Positions 1-9,264 of a DNA stretch of 13,424 nucleotides are shown in pieces. The notes below the pieces were generated by a model that worked only from the letters and a program-made list of their open reading frames with translations, did not search any database and was not told the DNA's origin. The translations under genes and the position numbers were made by a program. Position 1 is the stretch's first letter; each line of letters opens with the position of its first letter. This DNA comes from Oopsacas minuta (Eukaryota > Animalia > Porifera): NCBI GenBank assembly GCA_024704765.1, contig JAKMXF010000092.1:1-13424 (forward strand), given 5' to 3'.

Positions 1-1
1 A

Positions 2-1108
2 CAAGTCTTATTATATGATTATACTGGAGAGGGAATGGAGGAGGAAAAGAAACAAATGGTGACCTCCAAAGAATTCTTGTCTGCTCTAAAAGGGAACACG
101 GGGAAAGATGTTCTAGATCAGAGTGTTGCTCTCATGGATGAAAGAATTAAAGAACTAGAGACGAAACTCGAGACAATTCGTCTTACCTATAAAAACGTGG
201 GTTTAGAATGGGATGAGTTGCTGGAGAAGAGACTTGGAGAAACTGGTAGATTACGACTTAATCCCAGGAAGACCAAGGCATCAGACTACAAGAATATGTC
301 TCAACCTGTAGAGGTGTTTGGGAAACATAATAAGAAGGACAAATCATCTGGTGTGTTTTATTTCCCTGGTAGAATAGCTATAGATCCTTTAACTAACAAT
401 ATCTACATATGTGATGATGGATGGGATAGAGTACAGGTATTTAATAGTTCTTATGATTTTGTATTCCTATTCGATCACAAGATGGATGGTCCAATTGGTA
501 TATGTATAGCACAGGACAAGGTATATGTACCACAGTTTCATAGCTGTTGTTTGAACATATATTCCATGAGAGGGCAGTTATTACATTCTGTCGGAAGTAA
601 AGGAAAGAATGAATTAGAATTTGACAGTCCATTAGGCATAGATATCTCTATTGATAAGAATAGCATTTATATTACGGAATTACAAAATGACAGAGTTCAA
701 TGCTTGAACCTAGACTTGTCATTTCATTCTTTCATTCCTGATATTTATGGAGCTAAAGATGTTAAGCTAACCTCTACTGAGGTTGTTATGCTATGTTGTA
801 GTGATCCTTGCTTGATTATTTATAATTATGCTCACGAATCAGTTCGTCATATGATTACTACAGGAGTAAGGAAACTAATAATAAATCCAGAGTGTTTGTT
901 CGTGGATGAATTTGCTAATATTCTTATTACTGACTGTGTTGCTCATTGTGTATGTGTGTTTTCACATGAAGGGGAATTAATTCACAAGATAGGAAAGGAA
1001 GGACAAGAGAGAGGAGAGTTTATCCACACCACAGGAATATATATTAACCAGGAAGGGAGGCTTCTAGTATCATCTGATAATCCTAATCATGCTATACAGA
1101 TATTCTAG
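2..1108 (+). CDS. Coiled-coil + NHL-repeat (6-bladed beta-propeller-type) protein, similar to the C-terminal region of TRIM71/lin-41; probably 5'-partial
   Basis: The ORF has NHL blade motifs (FPGRIAID..NIYICD...RVQVFN, GPIGICI, LEFDSPLGIDI..IYITE..NDRVQCL, HCVCVFSHEGELIHKIGKEGQERGEF, GIYINQEGRLLV) after a charged helical N-terminus. There is no in-frame stop between position 2 and the ATG at 35 (QVLLYDYTGEG-M), so the true start may lie outside the window. No RING or B-box is visible and no intron is needed. Confidence 0.9.
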   Translation, partial: QVLLYDYTGEGMEEEKKQMVTSKEFLSALKGNTGKDVLDQSVALMDERIKELETKLETIRLTYKNVGLEWDELLEKRLGETGRLRLNPRKTKASDYKNMSQPVEVFGKHNKKDKSSGVFYFPGRIAIDPLTNNIYICDDGWDRVQVFNSSYDFVFLFDHKMDGPIGICIAQDKVYVPQFHSCCLNIYSMRGQLLHSVGSKGKNELEFDSPLGIDISIDKNSIYITELQNDRVQCLNLDLSFHSFIPDIYGAKDVKLTSTEVVMLCCSDPCLIIYNYAHESVRHMITTGVRKLIINPECLFVDEFANILITDCVAHCVCVFSHEGELIHKIGKEGQERGEFIHTTGIYINQEGRLLVSSDNPNHAIQIF

Positions 1109-1346
1109 TGACTCTTTAACTTTCCCCTTGTAGCTATTTCTTGTGACAAACAATCCTGTTATAGAATTATCTCAGAATACTTCTGTGATTATATTCAATT
1201 TTCTACAGAATTAGTATGTGAATTGTGTTTTATGCTCTTTGTATTATTAACAAACTTTGCTTCATATTTTAATATTGTTTTTATGTGGTAACAGCACTAA
1301 TTAATGGGGCGGAAGGTCTCTTAGCCTGGACCTCAAGGTCCAAGAT

Positions 1347-2010
1347 NNNNNNNNNNNNNNNNNNNNNNNNNNNNNNNNNNNNNNNNNNNNNNNNNNNNNN
1401 NNNNNNNNNNNNNNNNNNNNNNNNNNNNNNNNNNNNNNNNNNNNNNNNNNNNNNNNNNNNNNNNNNNNNNNNNNNNNNNNNNNNNNNNNNNNNNNNNNNN
1501 NNNNNNNNNNNNNNNNNNNNNNNNNNNNNNNNNNNNNNNNNNNNNNNNNNNNNNNNNNNNNNNNNNNNNNNNNNNNNNNNNNNNNNNNNNNNNNNNNNNN
1601 NNNNNNNNNNNNNNNNNNNNNNNNNNNNNNNNNNNNNNNNNNNNNNNNNNNNNNNNNNNNNNNNNNNNNNNNNNNNNNNNNNNNNNNNNNNNNNNNNNNN
1701 NNNNNNNNNNNNNNNNNNNNNNNNNNNNNNNNNNNNNNNNNNNNNNNNNNNNNNNNNNNNNNNNNNNNNNNNNNNNNNNNNNNNNNNNNNNNNNNNNNNN
1801 NNNNNNNNNNNNNNNNNNNNNNNNNNNNNNNNNNNNNNNNNNNNNNNNNNNNNNNNNNNNNNNNNNNNNNNNNNNNNNNNNNNNNNNNNNNNNNNNNNNN
1901 NNNNNNNNNNNNNNNNNNNNNNNNNNNNNNNNNNNNNNNNNNNNNNNNNNNNNNNNNNNNNNNNNNNNNNNNNNNNNNNNNNNNNNNNNNNNNNNNNNNN
2001 NNNNNNNNNN
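1347..2010. other. Assembly gap (664 N)
   Basis: Run of N. The ORFs spanning it in the ORF track are artefacts. Confidence 1.
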
Positions 2011-2067
2011 TGCCAAGTCTCCATAAATTTCTGTACACTATCTTACTTTGAATGCTATCTATGTATC

Positions 2068-2086
2068 CTGTCTCTTATACACATCT
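2068..2086 (+). other. Tn5 mosaic end / Nextera adapter (library artefact)
   Basis: Exact 19/19 match to CTGTCTCTTATACACATCT, 57 nt from a contig edge. Confidence 0.95.
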
Positions 2087-2324
2087 ACTTTATTTCTGTT
2101 ACAAAATTCAACATCCATTTATATTTTTCTATATATGCTTGTCAAATCCTTATTAATATATTGTACAAGATCTTATCAAATATTATGAAGATTATGTCCC
2201 GGAAAGTCCAGGAATATAAATTTGGAAATGCTCCAATATACAGGATTTAGACTTAATCATGCGGGTCACCCTAAATTTAATTCCAAGTTTTGGGACTGAT
2301 TTTTTTACTACAATCACTTCTTAC

Positions 2325-2768
2325 CTGCTTTGTTGCAGAAGTAACAAGGTCTAGTTAAGTCACAGCTTCTATCAATCCAACCGCTTGATAATACTCCTTC
2401 TTCATTACTATATCTGAATCTAACACAGTCCTCATCACCAATCCCTGATGGACTCACAATTGAAAAGTGTGATTGGAAGTTCCTATAAGTACTGTTACTA
2501 CCATCTACCCATACAAATGTACTAGCGTCAGTACCAGCCTCTACATCTATATCATTTAGACCAATATAACATGAAAAAGCATTATCTAAATCTGTTATGC
2601 TATAGAACAATAAGCTGTCTTCTACTGCTGACTTGATTGTAGTAAGATTTCCTCCCCAGTTATTGCATTCTACTTCAGCATTTGTCCAATTAATTTGTGG
2701 TTCCATAATGAAGTATCCAAAGGTTGTATCATCATATATTAGAGAAATATTTGGAGTTGTTGCTTGAG
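2325..2768 (-). CDS. C-type lectin-like domain exon (type A'), gene B exon 2
   Basis: Acceptor ttctgttcctttAG at 2770-2769 and donor G|GTAAGA at 2324. The exon is 444 nt, phase 1-1. Translation has AEVECNNWGGNLTTI, CYIGLND, FVWVDGS, DEDCV, WIDRSC and CYFC. Confidence 0.9.
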
Positions 2769-2873
2769 CTAAAGGAACAGAAATAGTACAGTAGTTTGAA
2801 ATTGACCAACAGTTTGAGACATATACCTGCAATTTTCCTGATTTTTTCGGGTGATCTCCCTATTTTCTCTAAT

Positions 2874-3988
2874 CAGGTTGGCAATACTCGTATAGATATA
2901 TCCATAGCCTACTAATATAAGGCTTAACAGTAAAAGTACTATAGATGCAGTAGTAGCTGTAAGCATTGATATACATGGTTTCTTTTGTATAGCAAAGGTG
3001 CATTTTTGAACTAATAAATGTATTGTATATTTGTAGAACATCAAATTTTACACAAATAAATACTAAAATTTTCAGGAATGCGTCAAAATATGTATCAAGT
3101 AAGCATTTATTTAGCAAAATATGTCATTCTTTGATGCCTTGTAGAACGTTAAATATTGCTTATACCAACTCAAGTGAATATATGAAATGATTTATAGATA
3201 CTTATATAAAGAAATGTCAAATATTTGTCATTCAAAAGTTGGCTCGTTGTTGAGTTACGGTAGAGACCATGGATGACAATTTTTAAGAATACTCAATTAT
3301 AACTCAACAATTGTTAAACTTATGGTAAGATTATACTAGCCAATTATACTATATCCCGACTTCCCATACCCTTGTAATACATTTGTTATGAAATAATTGA
3401 TGATTATTGAGGAATCTTTTAAATTACCATATTTGGGCATCGTCACATTGGTGCGAGATATCATATCAAAATATATTACAAGGGTATGGGAAGTCGGGTT
3501 AATAGTATATATTGACTATTTTGATTTTATTATAATTTTAATGCTTCTCGAGTTATCATTGAATAATCATAAAAATTCTTCATCCATGGTCCCTACCGTA
3601 ACTCAACAACGAGCCAACTTTAAATGACAATTCTTTGACATTTTATATAAAGTATCCATAGATCTTTTCATTTATTCACTCTGAGTTGAGAAATGCAGTA
3701 TTACACATTTTACGAGGCATCAAAGAATGACACTTTTGACTAAGGAAATGTTTACTAAACACATATGTTGACACATTCCTGAAAATTTTTAGCATTTATT
3801 GGTGTGCTATGTGATGTTCTATAAAATATAGTACATTTATTCAGGTAGACGTGTATTTTTCTGCAATAAAGAAACATGTCTAGAAATTCCTTAGGCTAAT
3901 ACTGCATCCCTGGTGGCAAACTTTCTAGTTAGGGTTAGGCCTCATGTTTAGTAGGCTATGGTATATCATATATGTTTTTTGGCATCTG
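2874..3988. repeat. ~1.1-kb imperfect inverted repeat (foldback), arms ~2874-3394 and ~3458-3988; possible long-TIR non-autonomous DNA transposon
   Basis: Perfect reverse-complement blocks at 3355-3379/3474-3498 (25 bp) and 3235-3263/3593-3621 (29 bp), with further colinear blocks such as gtcattctttgatgcct/aggcatcaaagaatgac and ccatagcctactaa/ttagtaggctatgg. Spacer ~63 nt. No TSD found. Confidence 0.9.
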
Positions 3989-4068
3989 CATATCCGGGCC
4001 CGCACCGGCCCGTAAATTAAGCACGCCCACTAATTCTCATATAAATTATCCAAATTATTTAATCTTAA

Positions 4069-4638
4069 CGAGCATTTTGCTCGTCGCTTCGCGATGAACT
4101 CGGGACATTGCAACTCAAGGTATTCACCTGACAAACAAACAGACAAACAACAATCGAGATTCAATAATACTGATGTTGTTTACAAAATTCGGACTCAGCA
4201 TACCCGATTACCCCTGTATAGCCTTTGAAAGTATGATTCTACTTCAATTTTGAAATTTGTTTACTTTCTGTTCATAAAAACAACAATAAATTTACATATG
4301 AGAAACTTGAAAAATGCGAAATTCGGATTCAGCGTACTTAGTTACCCCTGGGTAGCCGTTTAGAGCAAGTCTATACGTGTATTTTGAGATTTGGCTAATT
4401 TGTTTACTTTATATTCATAAAAACAACAATAAATTACATATGATTAATCCAAAAGTGTCAAAATCGGATTCAGCATGTTCGAAATATTTAGTGAAGTCTT
4501 ATTGAACTCTATTTACTTCCTTGATAAACACGATAAATGCATAGTTATGAGGCAATTTCAAAATTGCATACCGTAAATCCTTTCCTTGGCAACGGACAAA
4601 CAGACAGACAAACAAACATTGAGATTCAATAATATAGA
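4069..4638 (-). mobile_element. Non-autonomous Helitron-like element with internal ~135-141 bp tandem units
   Basis: On the minus strand: A|TCTATATTATTGAATCTC followed by a GTTT/GTCT microsatellite at 4638, a GC hairpin with GAA loop (4079-4099), then CTCG|T at 4069 (canonical CTRR|T). Tandem units start at ~4184, 4319 and 4460 (AAATTCGGA(C/T)TCAGC...TTCATAAAAACAACAATAAA). Confidence 0.55.
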
Positions 4639-4778
4639 TTATTGTGCATGTGTGTTTGTCCATTTTGTATGATATAATAATAAGGGAAGAGGATCTGCGT
4701 AGATGTTTCTGTGGATAACATAATGTCCTTCTGTTGACGAGATAGTACAAGTAAACAATTATGTTGTGGTAATAGAGT

Positions 4779-4982
4779 ATACTGAATCCGAATTTCATAT
4801 TCTCGAATTAATCATATGCAATTTATTTGTTATTTTTATGAATATATAGTAAACAAATAGTTGAAATGTCGAAATATACTTAGAGACTTGCTCTCAAACA
4901 AACAGATAGGGGTAACTAAGTATGCTAAATTTCGCATTTTTGAGTTTCTCATATGTAAATTCTTTGTTGTTTTTATGAATAT
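4779..4982. repeat. Inverted copy of the tandem-unit repeat at ~4268-4475
   Basis: Its reverse complement contains ttcataaaaacaac, atttacatatgagaaact, aaaaatgcgaaatt, tacttagttacccct, agagcaagtct and aaattcggattcagt in the same order as 4268-4475. Confidence 0.8.
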
Positions 4983-5470
4983 TGTGAAGAAATGGTTGAA
5001 TTTCTAATTTATTAATTCAATTTGGAATCATAATTGGCTAGCATCGAAAATTCCATGAAAAATCTAGGTTTTGGGCTCTTTGTATATGATCATCTTCCTA
5101 GAATACTTCTAAAGTTTAACTTTTTATGATCTAATTCATCTAAAATAGTACCCATCTAGTAGCGTAAGAAGCTTATCTTTACAATAATCATGGGTAAACA
5201 TCATATTATGATAATGCAATTCAAAAGTTCTAAAAATATACAATAATGGAGTGTGCAATAGTTAATTCCTGACACCTAACACATATTTAGTTTCTCTATG
5301 AATTGAACAAGGTTTAGAAGTGTGTATTAGTTATTGCAAGGTGATAGATCGAATGCTTGCCAGGTCGAGTCGAGTTTCGTACTCGATCGGTCGGATCGGG
5401 TTATGGAAAATGGTGACAGGTTCTATCTCCCATGACATCTATCTCTGGTCTAGAATACATTTGTACTTAC

Positions 5471-5558
5471 CTGATTTAGTCAGAATTATTGTAGCAATTA
5501 TCACAAAGAATATTACAACTTTACAATAGAATTCCATTATTTCAGAATTCCTCAACAT
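5471..5558 (-). CDS. Putative first exon encoding a signal peptide (gene B exon 1)
   Basis: ATG at 5558 (or 5537) gives MLRNSEIMEFYCKVVIFFVIIATIILTKS-G|, ending at a consensus donor CAG|GTAAGT (5470) in phase 1. This joins in frame to the CTL exon at 2768 (…LTKS-A-QATTPNISL). Too short for the ORF track. Confidence 0.65.
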
Positions 5559-5799
5559 TTTAGATTTTTGTTGATTGATTCATTCAATAAATTTCATTAT
5601 ATAATAATTCAAGCATTACAGAGGATAATTTACTGTATTAGTTAGAAATATAATACGTCCTTTATGATTTCTAAAATAATGAAAATATTTTAGTATATTA
5701 ATAATGTATTGCATTATTTTCAGTGTCTGAGCATTAGATTTCCTGGAAGTACAGAATTCCTGTAAGGTACACACACACAAACACCATTTATGGTAACAT

Positions 5800-6331
5800 N
5801 NNNNNNNNNNNNNNNNNNNNNNNNNNNNNNNNNNNNNNNNNNNNNNNNNNNNNNNNNNNNNNNNNNNNNNNNNNNNNNNNNNNNNNNNNNNNNNNNNNNN
5901 NNNNNNNNNNNNNNNNNNNNNNNNNNNNNNNNNNNNNNNNNNNNNNNNNNNNNNNNNNNNNNNNNNNNNNNNNNNNNNNNNNNNNNNNNNNNNNNNNNNN
6001 NNNNNNNNNNNNNNNNNNNNNNNNNNNNNNNNNNNNNNNNNNNNNNNNNNNNNNNNNNNNNNNNNNNNNNNNNNNNNNNNNNNNNNNNNNNNNNNNNNNN
6101 NNNNNNNNNNNNNNNNNNNNNNNNNNNNNNNNNNNNNNNNNNNNNNNNNNNNNNNNNNNNNNNNNNNNNNNNNNNNNNNNNNNNNNNNNNNNNNNNNNNN
6201 NNNNNNNNNNNNNNNNNNNNNNNNNNNNNNNNNNNNNNNNNNNNNNNNNNNNNNNNNNNNNNNNNNNNNNNNNNNNNNNNNNNNNNNNNNNNNNNNNNNN
6301 NNNNNNNNNNNNNNNNNNNNNNNNNNNNNNN
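5800..6331. other. Assembly gap (532 N)
   Basis: Run of N; probably hides downstream exon(s) of gene A. Confidence 1.
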
Positions 6332-6364
6332 TGTATGGTATTGTAGCATTCCTATTATACTAAC

Positions 6365-6766
6365 CTGTTACTACAGATGAATTTCTTTCACATAGAAAAG
6401 TATTTCTTGTCATGCCACAGTCTACAATCCCCCAACTACCTTCTCCAGCTCTTATTATTTCTACACAATCTTCATTACTAATAGATGGTTCACTCCCTGT
6501 CCAGTTTGTATGACTATATACTGAACCATCAGTCCAGGTATATGTTCCCTCTACACTCCTATCATTCAATCCTATCCAGCAATTACTCACTGTATCAGGG
6601 ATAATAGTGTATAAGAAATTATTCTCTCTCTCTGTAGTAATACTAGTCAAGTCACCACCCCATATAGCACAACTAGATTGAGCATCTAACCAGTTGATTG
6701 CAGTACTCACTTCAAATACTCGATAGCAAAATCCTTCATATACCAGATCACATCCTTGTGAGTTAC
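6365..6766 (-). CDS. C-type lectin-like domain exon (type B, copy 1), gene A
   Basis: Acceptor cgtAG at 6768-6767 and donor G|GTTAGT at 6364. The exon is 402 nt, phase 1-1. Translation has C-x-LVYEGFCY, CAIWGGDLTSI, CWIGLND, YTNW-like HTNW..SEPS, EDCV and FLCE. Confidence 0.92.
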
Positions 6767-6851
6767 CTACGAATTCAGGTGCGATCAAATACCAGAGAAT
6801 ACGGTTATAGTAACTAATGAGTAATGCGACTTTTTGATAAATATCAATTAC

Positions 6852-7277
6852 CTTGTTTATTGCAGAAGTAACAATTTGTGATATCAGCGCATGCTTGATT
6901 TGCCCAACCGGTTGATAATTCACCAGTAGATTTGTATCTGTTTCTGACACAGTCCCAAGTGGCAGGTGCTACAGGATATGATTGTCCAAGTGTACCGAAA
7001 TTCCTATAAGTACTGCTACTACCATCTACCCATACAAATGCATTAGCATCAGTACCAGCATCATTTTCTATATCATTTAGACCTATCCAACATGAAAAGT
7101 ACGTATTTATATCTGTGCTACTATAGAACAGTAAGCTATCTTCTATTGCTGAGTTGATTGTAGCAAGATTCCCCCCCCAGTTCTGGCAATCAAGTTGACT
7201 AGTAAACCGTGTTGTATTAGTGCTTGTGAAGAACCCAATTGCTGAATCATCGTATGTTAGTTCAATAACTGGAGTTC
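6852..7277 (-). CDS. C-type lectin-like domain exon (type A), gene A
   Basis: Acceptor attcttatAG at 7279-7278 and donor G|GTAATT at 6851. The exon is 426 nt, phase 1-1. Translation has CQNWGGNLATI, CWIGLND, FVWVDGS, WDCV and CYFC; paralogous to 2325-2768. Confidence 0.92.
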
Positions 7278-7334
7278 CTATAAGAATATAATCTATCAAA
7301 TTCGATTACTTTTTGATTTGATAGAACGTAGAAG

Positions 7335-7760
7335 GTTTAGTACAGCTCATAAGGGAGATGCCTTAATAGCTTTGACGATGTGCGACGTCCGTACGTCTGC
7401 CCTGGTGTTCGAATTCTGACAGTAAGATTCACATGAAATAGGTATACATATACATTTTGAGTCGGGGATTTGCACCTCGGGTATGAATTTTTAAGTTCAT
7501 ATTTCACACCTCTTTGGTGATTAATCATATTTTACACCTTTCTATGTAAAATTCAAATTCATGCTAGAGATTAGGTTTAACATGTTGGCATGGGTAATTG
7601 GGTGTGTAGAGCCCGATTTTGATATTTTCCTAGCTCGAATAACTAATTCACAGATTTATCAAATGATTAATAATATTTCACACCTTTTGGCATATTTTTC
7701 AAATTATTCTAGAGATTTCGTTGTAACTGCTAGTCAGGGGTAATCTACACTGATTTATAA
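7335..7760 (+). repeat. Degenerate Helitron/Helentron-associated (HINE-like) repeat relic in the 953-nt intron; boundaries uncertain
   Basis: Imperfect hairpin CAGCTC..GAGATG followed by a GTCCGTACGTC motif and an internal direct repeat ATATTTCACACCT(C)TTTGG. Positions 7592-7620 match the reverse complement of the 4184-4214 unit at about 24/30 by hand alignment. Confidence 0.35.
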
Positions 7761-8230
7761 TATGAATAATTACAGTTTCACATATCTTTTGCCCATAATT
7801 CAAAATCATGCTAGTATATTCGTTTTTACTTCCATTGATGTTTAATGGAGACATTTCCAGATCTCTCACTCAGTGAGTAATCGTATCATTAAGTATATTT
7901 CAAAGGTTTTTGCTTATATTTCAAATTGATGCTAATGCTCTCGTTTTAAAAGTCCGACAGAAGTCAATTGCTGGGTAATTCTTTAGAATTTTATCCAAAG
8001 GCTTTGAGGATAAAACATGAAGTCAACAGGGATGAATAATATTGAATATCTTGAAATATTTTCATATCAAGCCGAGTAGCCCAAAATTAGACGGGGTCTG
8101 TGGCATTGCGACATCTACACGGGAGGGTGTGAGGGTCGTGCCCCCCCCATGAAAAGAAAACACATAATTATCACTAAGCAGCACTATCAGTCATTTTTAC
8201 TGATTGCATCGCATATGAGAGAAAACATAC

Positions 8231-8521
8231 CAGTCACGGTAGTTGAAGATGTTAATTGAATTTGGATGATACATACATCAACATTATCCCAGTTGTTAGC
8301 ATAGAAATTGTATATTCCATTGTTTTGTGATGAAAAATTTGGAATAGTTAGAGTAGATCCTGTAGAATTCGTATCATCTGGAAGAGTCCAACTACCATCA
8401 ATATTGATTGACAGGATGACATCTTTTACTGCTAATGGAAATGCTAGCGTATTCATCTCTGGATAGAGTAGTGAAAAGTTTCCAGCCGGTATAACATCGT
8501 AACTTATTGATAACAATGGAG
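8231..8521 (-). CDS. Ig-like domain exon 3 (lacks the canonical cysteines), gene A
   Basis: Acceptor ttgtttgtAG at 8523-8522 and donor G|GTATGT at 8230. The exon is 291 nt, phase 1-1. Motif W-TLP...TLTIPNFSSQNNGIYNF resembles the Ig L-x-I...D-x-G-x-Y-x-C signature. Confidence 0.7.
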
Positions 8522-8584
8522 CTACAAACAATATTGATCGATAATTGTGATCAAAAGAATATTTCATTCAAATTCAAGATGTAC

Positions 8585-8824
8585 CTATTACACTGATGGT
8601 ATTTGTTGAAAATACAGTTACACCTCTCTTACAGGAAAATTCTGTAGAATCCTCTGGTAAACTAGCTCTTGAATTATATATATTGATTGGATTTAGGAAC
8701 TCTCCGCCAGCTGATAGAGTCCATCTCAACATACTTAAACTACCATTGTCCATTGGATCACACAACAATAATACATCCTCTCTGTCAATTCCAACTATAT
8801 ATTGGTATGAAGCTCCTGCTGCAA
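8585..8824 (-). CDS. Ig-like domain exon 2, gene A
   Basis: Acceptor ttcttctatttAG at 8826-8825 and donor G|GTACAT at 8584. The exon is 240 nt, phase 1-1. Translation has VLLLC..LRW..FSC spacing. Confidence 0.7.
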
Positions 8825-8899
8825 CTAAATAGAAGAATTTGAAGTCAATGTATTAGTAAGTGGAATAATTACATAGAAATATCAGAATAATATACTCAC

Positions 8900-9196
8900 C
8901 TGTTGTTAAGGATGAATCATACAAACCAATAGTATAAGTTAATGAATCAGCTTGACACTGATAATATCCTTGTTTGGTAATATCAACTGTTAACCAACTC
9001 AATCCAGTTTCTGTACTACTATATGTTGCTGTAAGTATTTCACCATTTGATAGATCTGAGTTTTCTGAAAAACTCCAGACGATAACATTAACTTCATCAC
9101 CTCCACAAGCTAATGTACGTGAAGTGAACAAGAAAATGTTTTCACTAATTGTTTCAAAGTCTAATCCTCCATTGGTAAGTTGTCCAAATCCTCCAA
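8900..9196 (-). CDS. Ig-like domain exon 1, gene A
   Basis: Acceptor tattctgttttAG at 9198-9197 (an alternative in-phase AG lies at 9222-9221) and donor G|GTGAGT at 8899. The exon is 297 nt, phase 1-1. Translation has TLAC..VIVW..LSWLTV..QGYYQC. Confidence 0.8.
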
Positions 9197-9264
9197 CTAA
9201 AACAGAATATGTTATATTAACTGAATCCAATATTATATATTCTAAATGATATAGTATTACTGAC

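Noticed and set aside
1327-1346. Hairpin TGGACC-TCAA-GGTCCA at the gap edge
   Set aside because: Could be the start of a repeat that caused the gap, but it is too short and truncated to classify.
1281-2250. Four long ORFs spanning the first gap
   Set aside because: Almost entirely X from N bases; the flanks have no coding signature.
2769-3627. ORFs 2769-3044, 2869-3117 and 3397-3627
   Set aside because: They lie within the AT-rich foldback repeat and have no domain signal.
4499-5529. ORFs 4499-4798 and 5320-5529; short CpG hairpin TCGAGT-TTCGT-ACTCGA near 5370-5390
   Set aside because: Repeat-derived or antisense to the signal-peptide exon; a 6-bp stem is expected by chance.
5720-5799. Possible terminal exon of gene A (acceptor-like taccttacAG, reading ILYFQEI* or NSVLPGNLMLRH*)
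   Set aside because: The phase and upstream exon are hidden in the gap, so it cannot be supported.
8080-8155. GC-rich patch GGGAGGGTGTGAGGGTCGTGCCCCCCC
   Set aside because: Probably a short repeat fragment; no termini, tRNA fold or second copy in the window.
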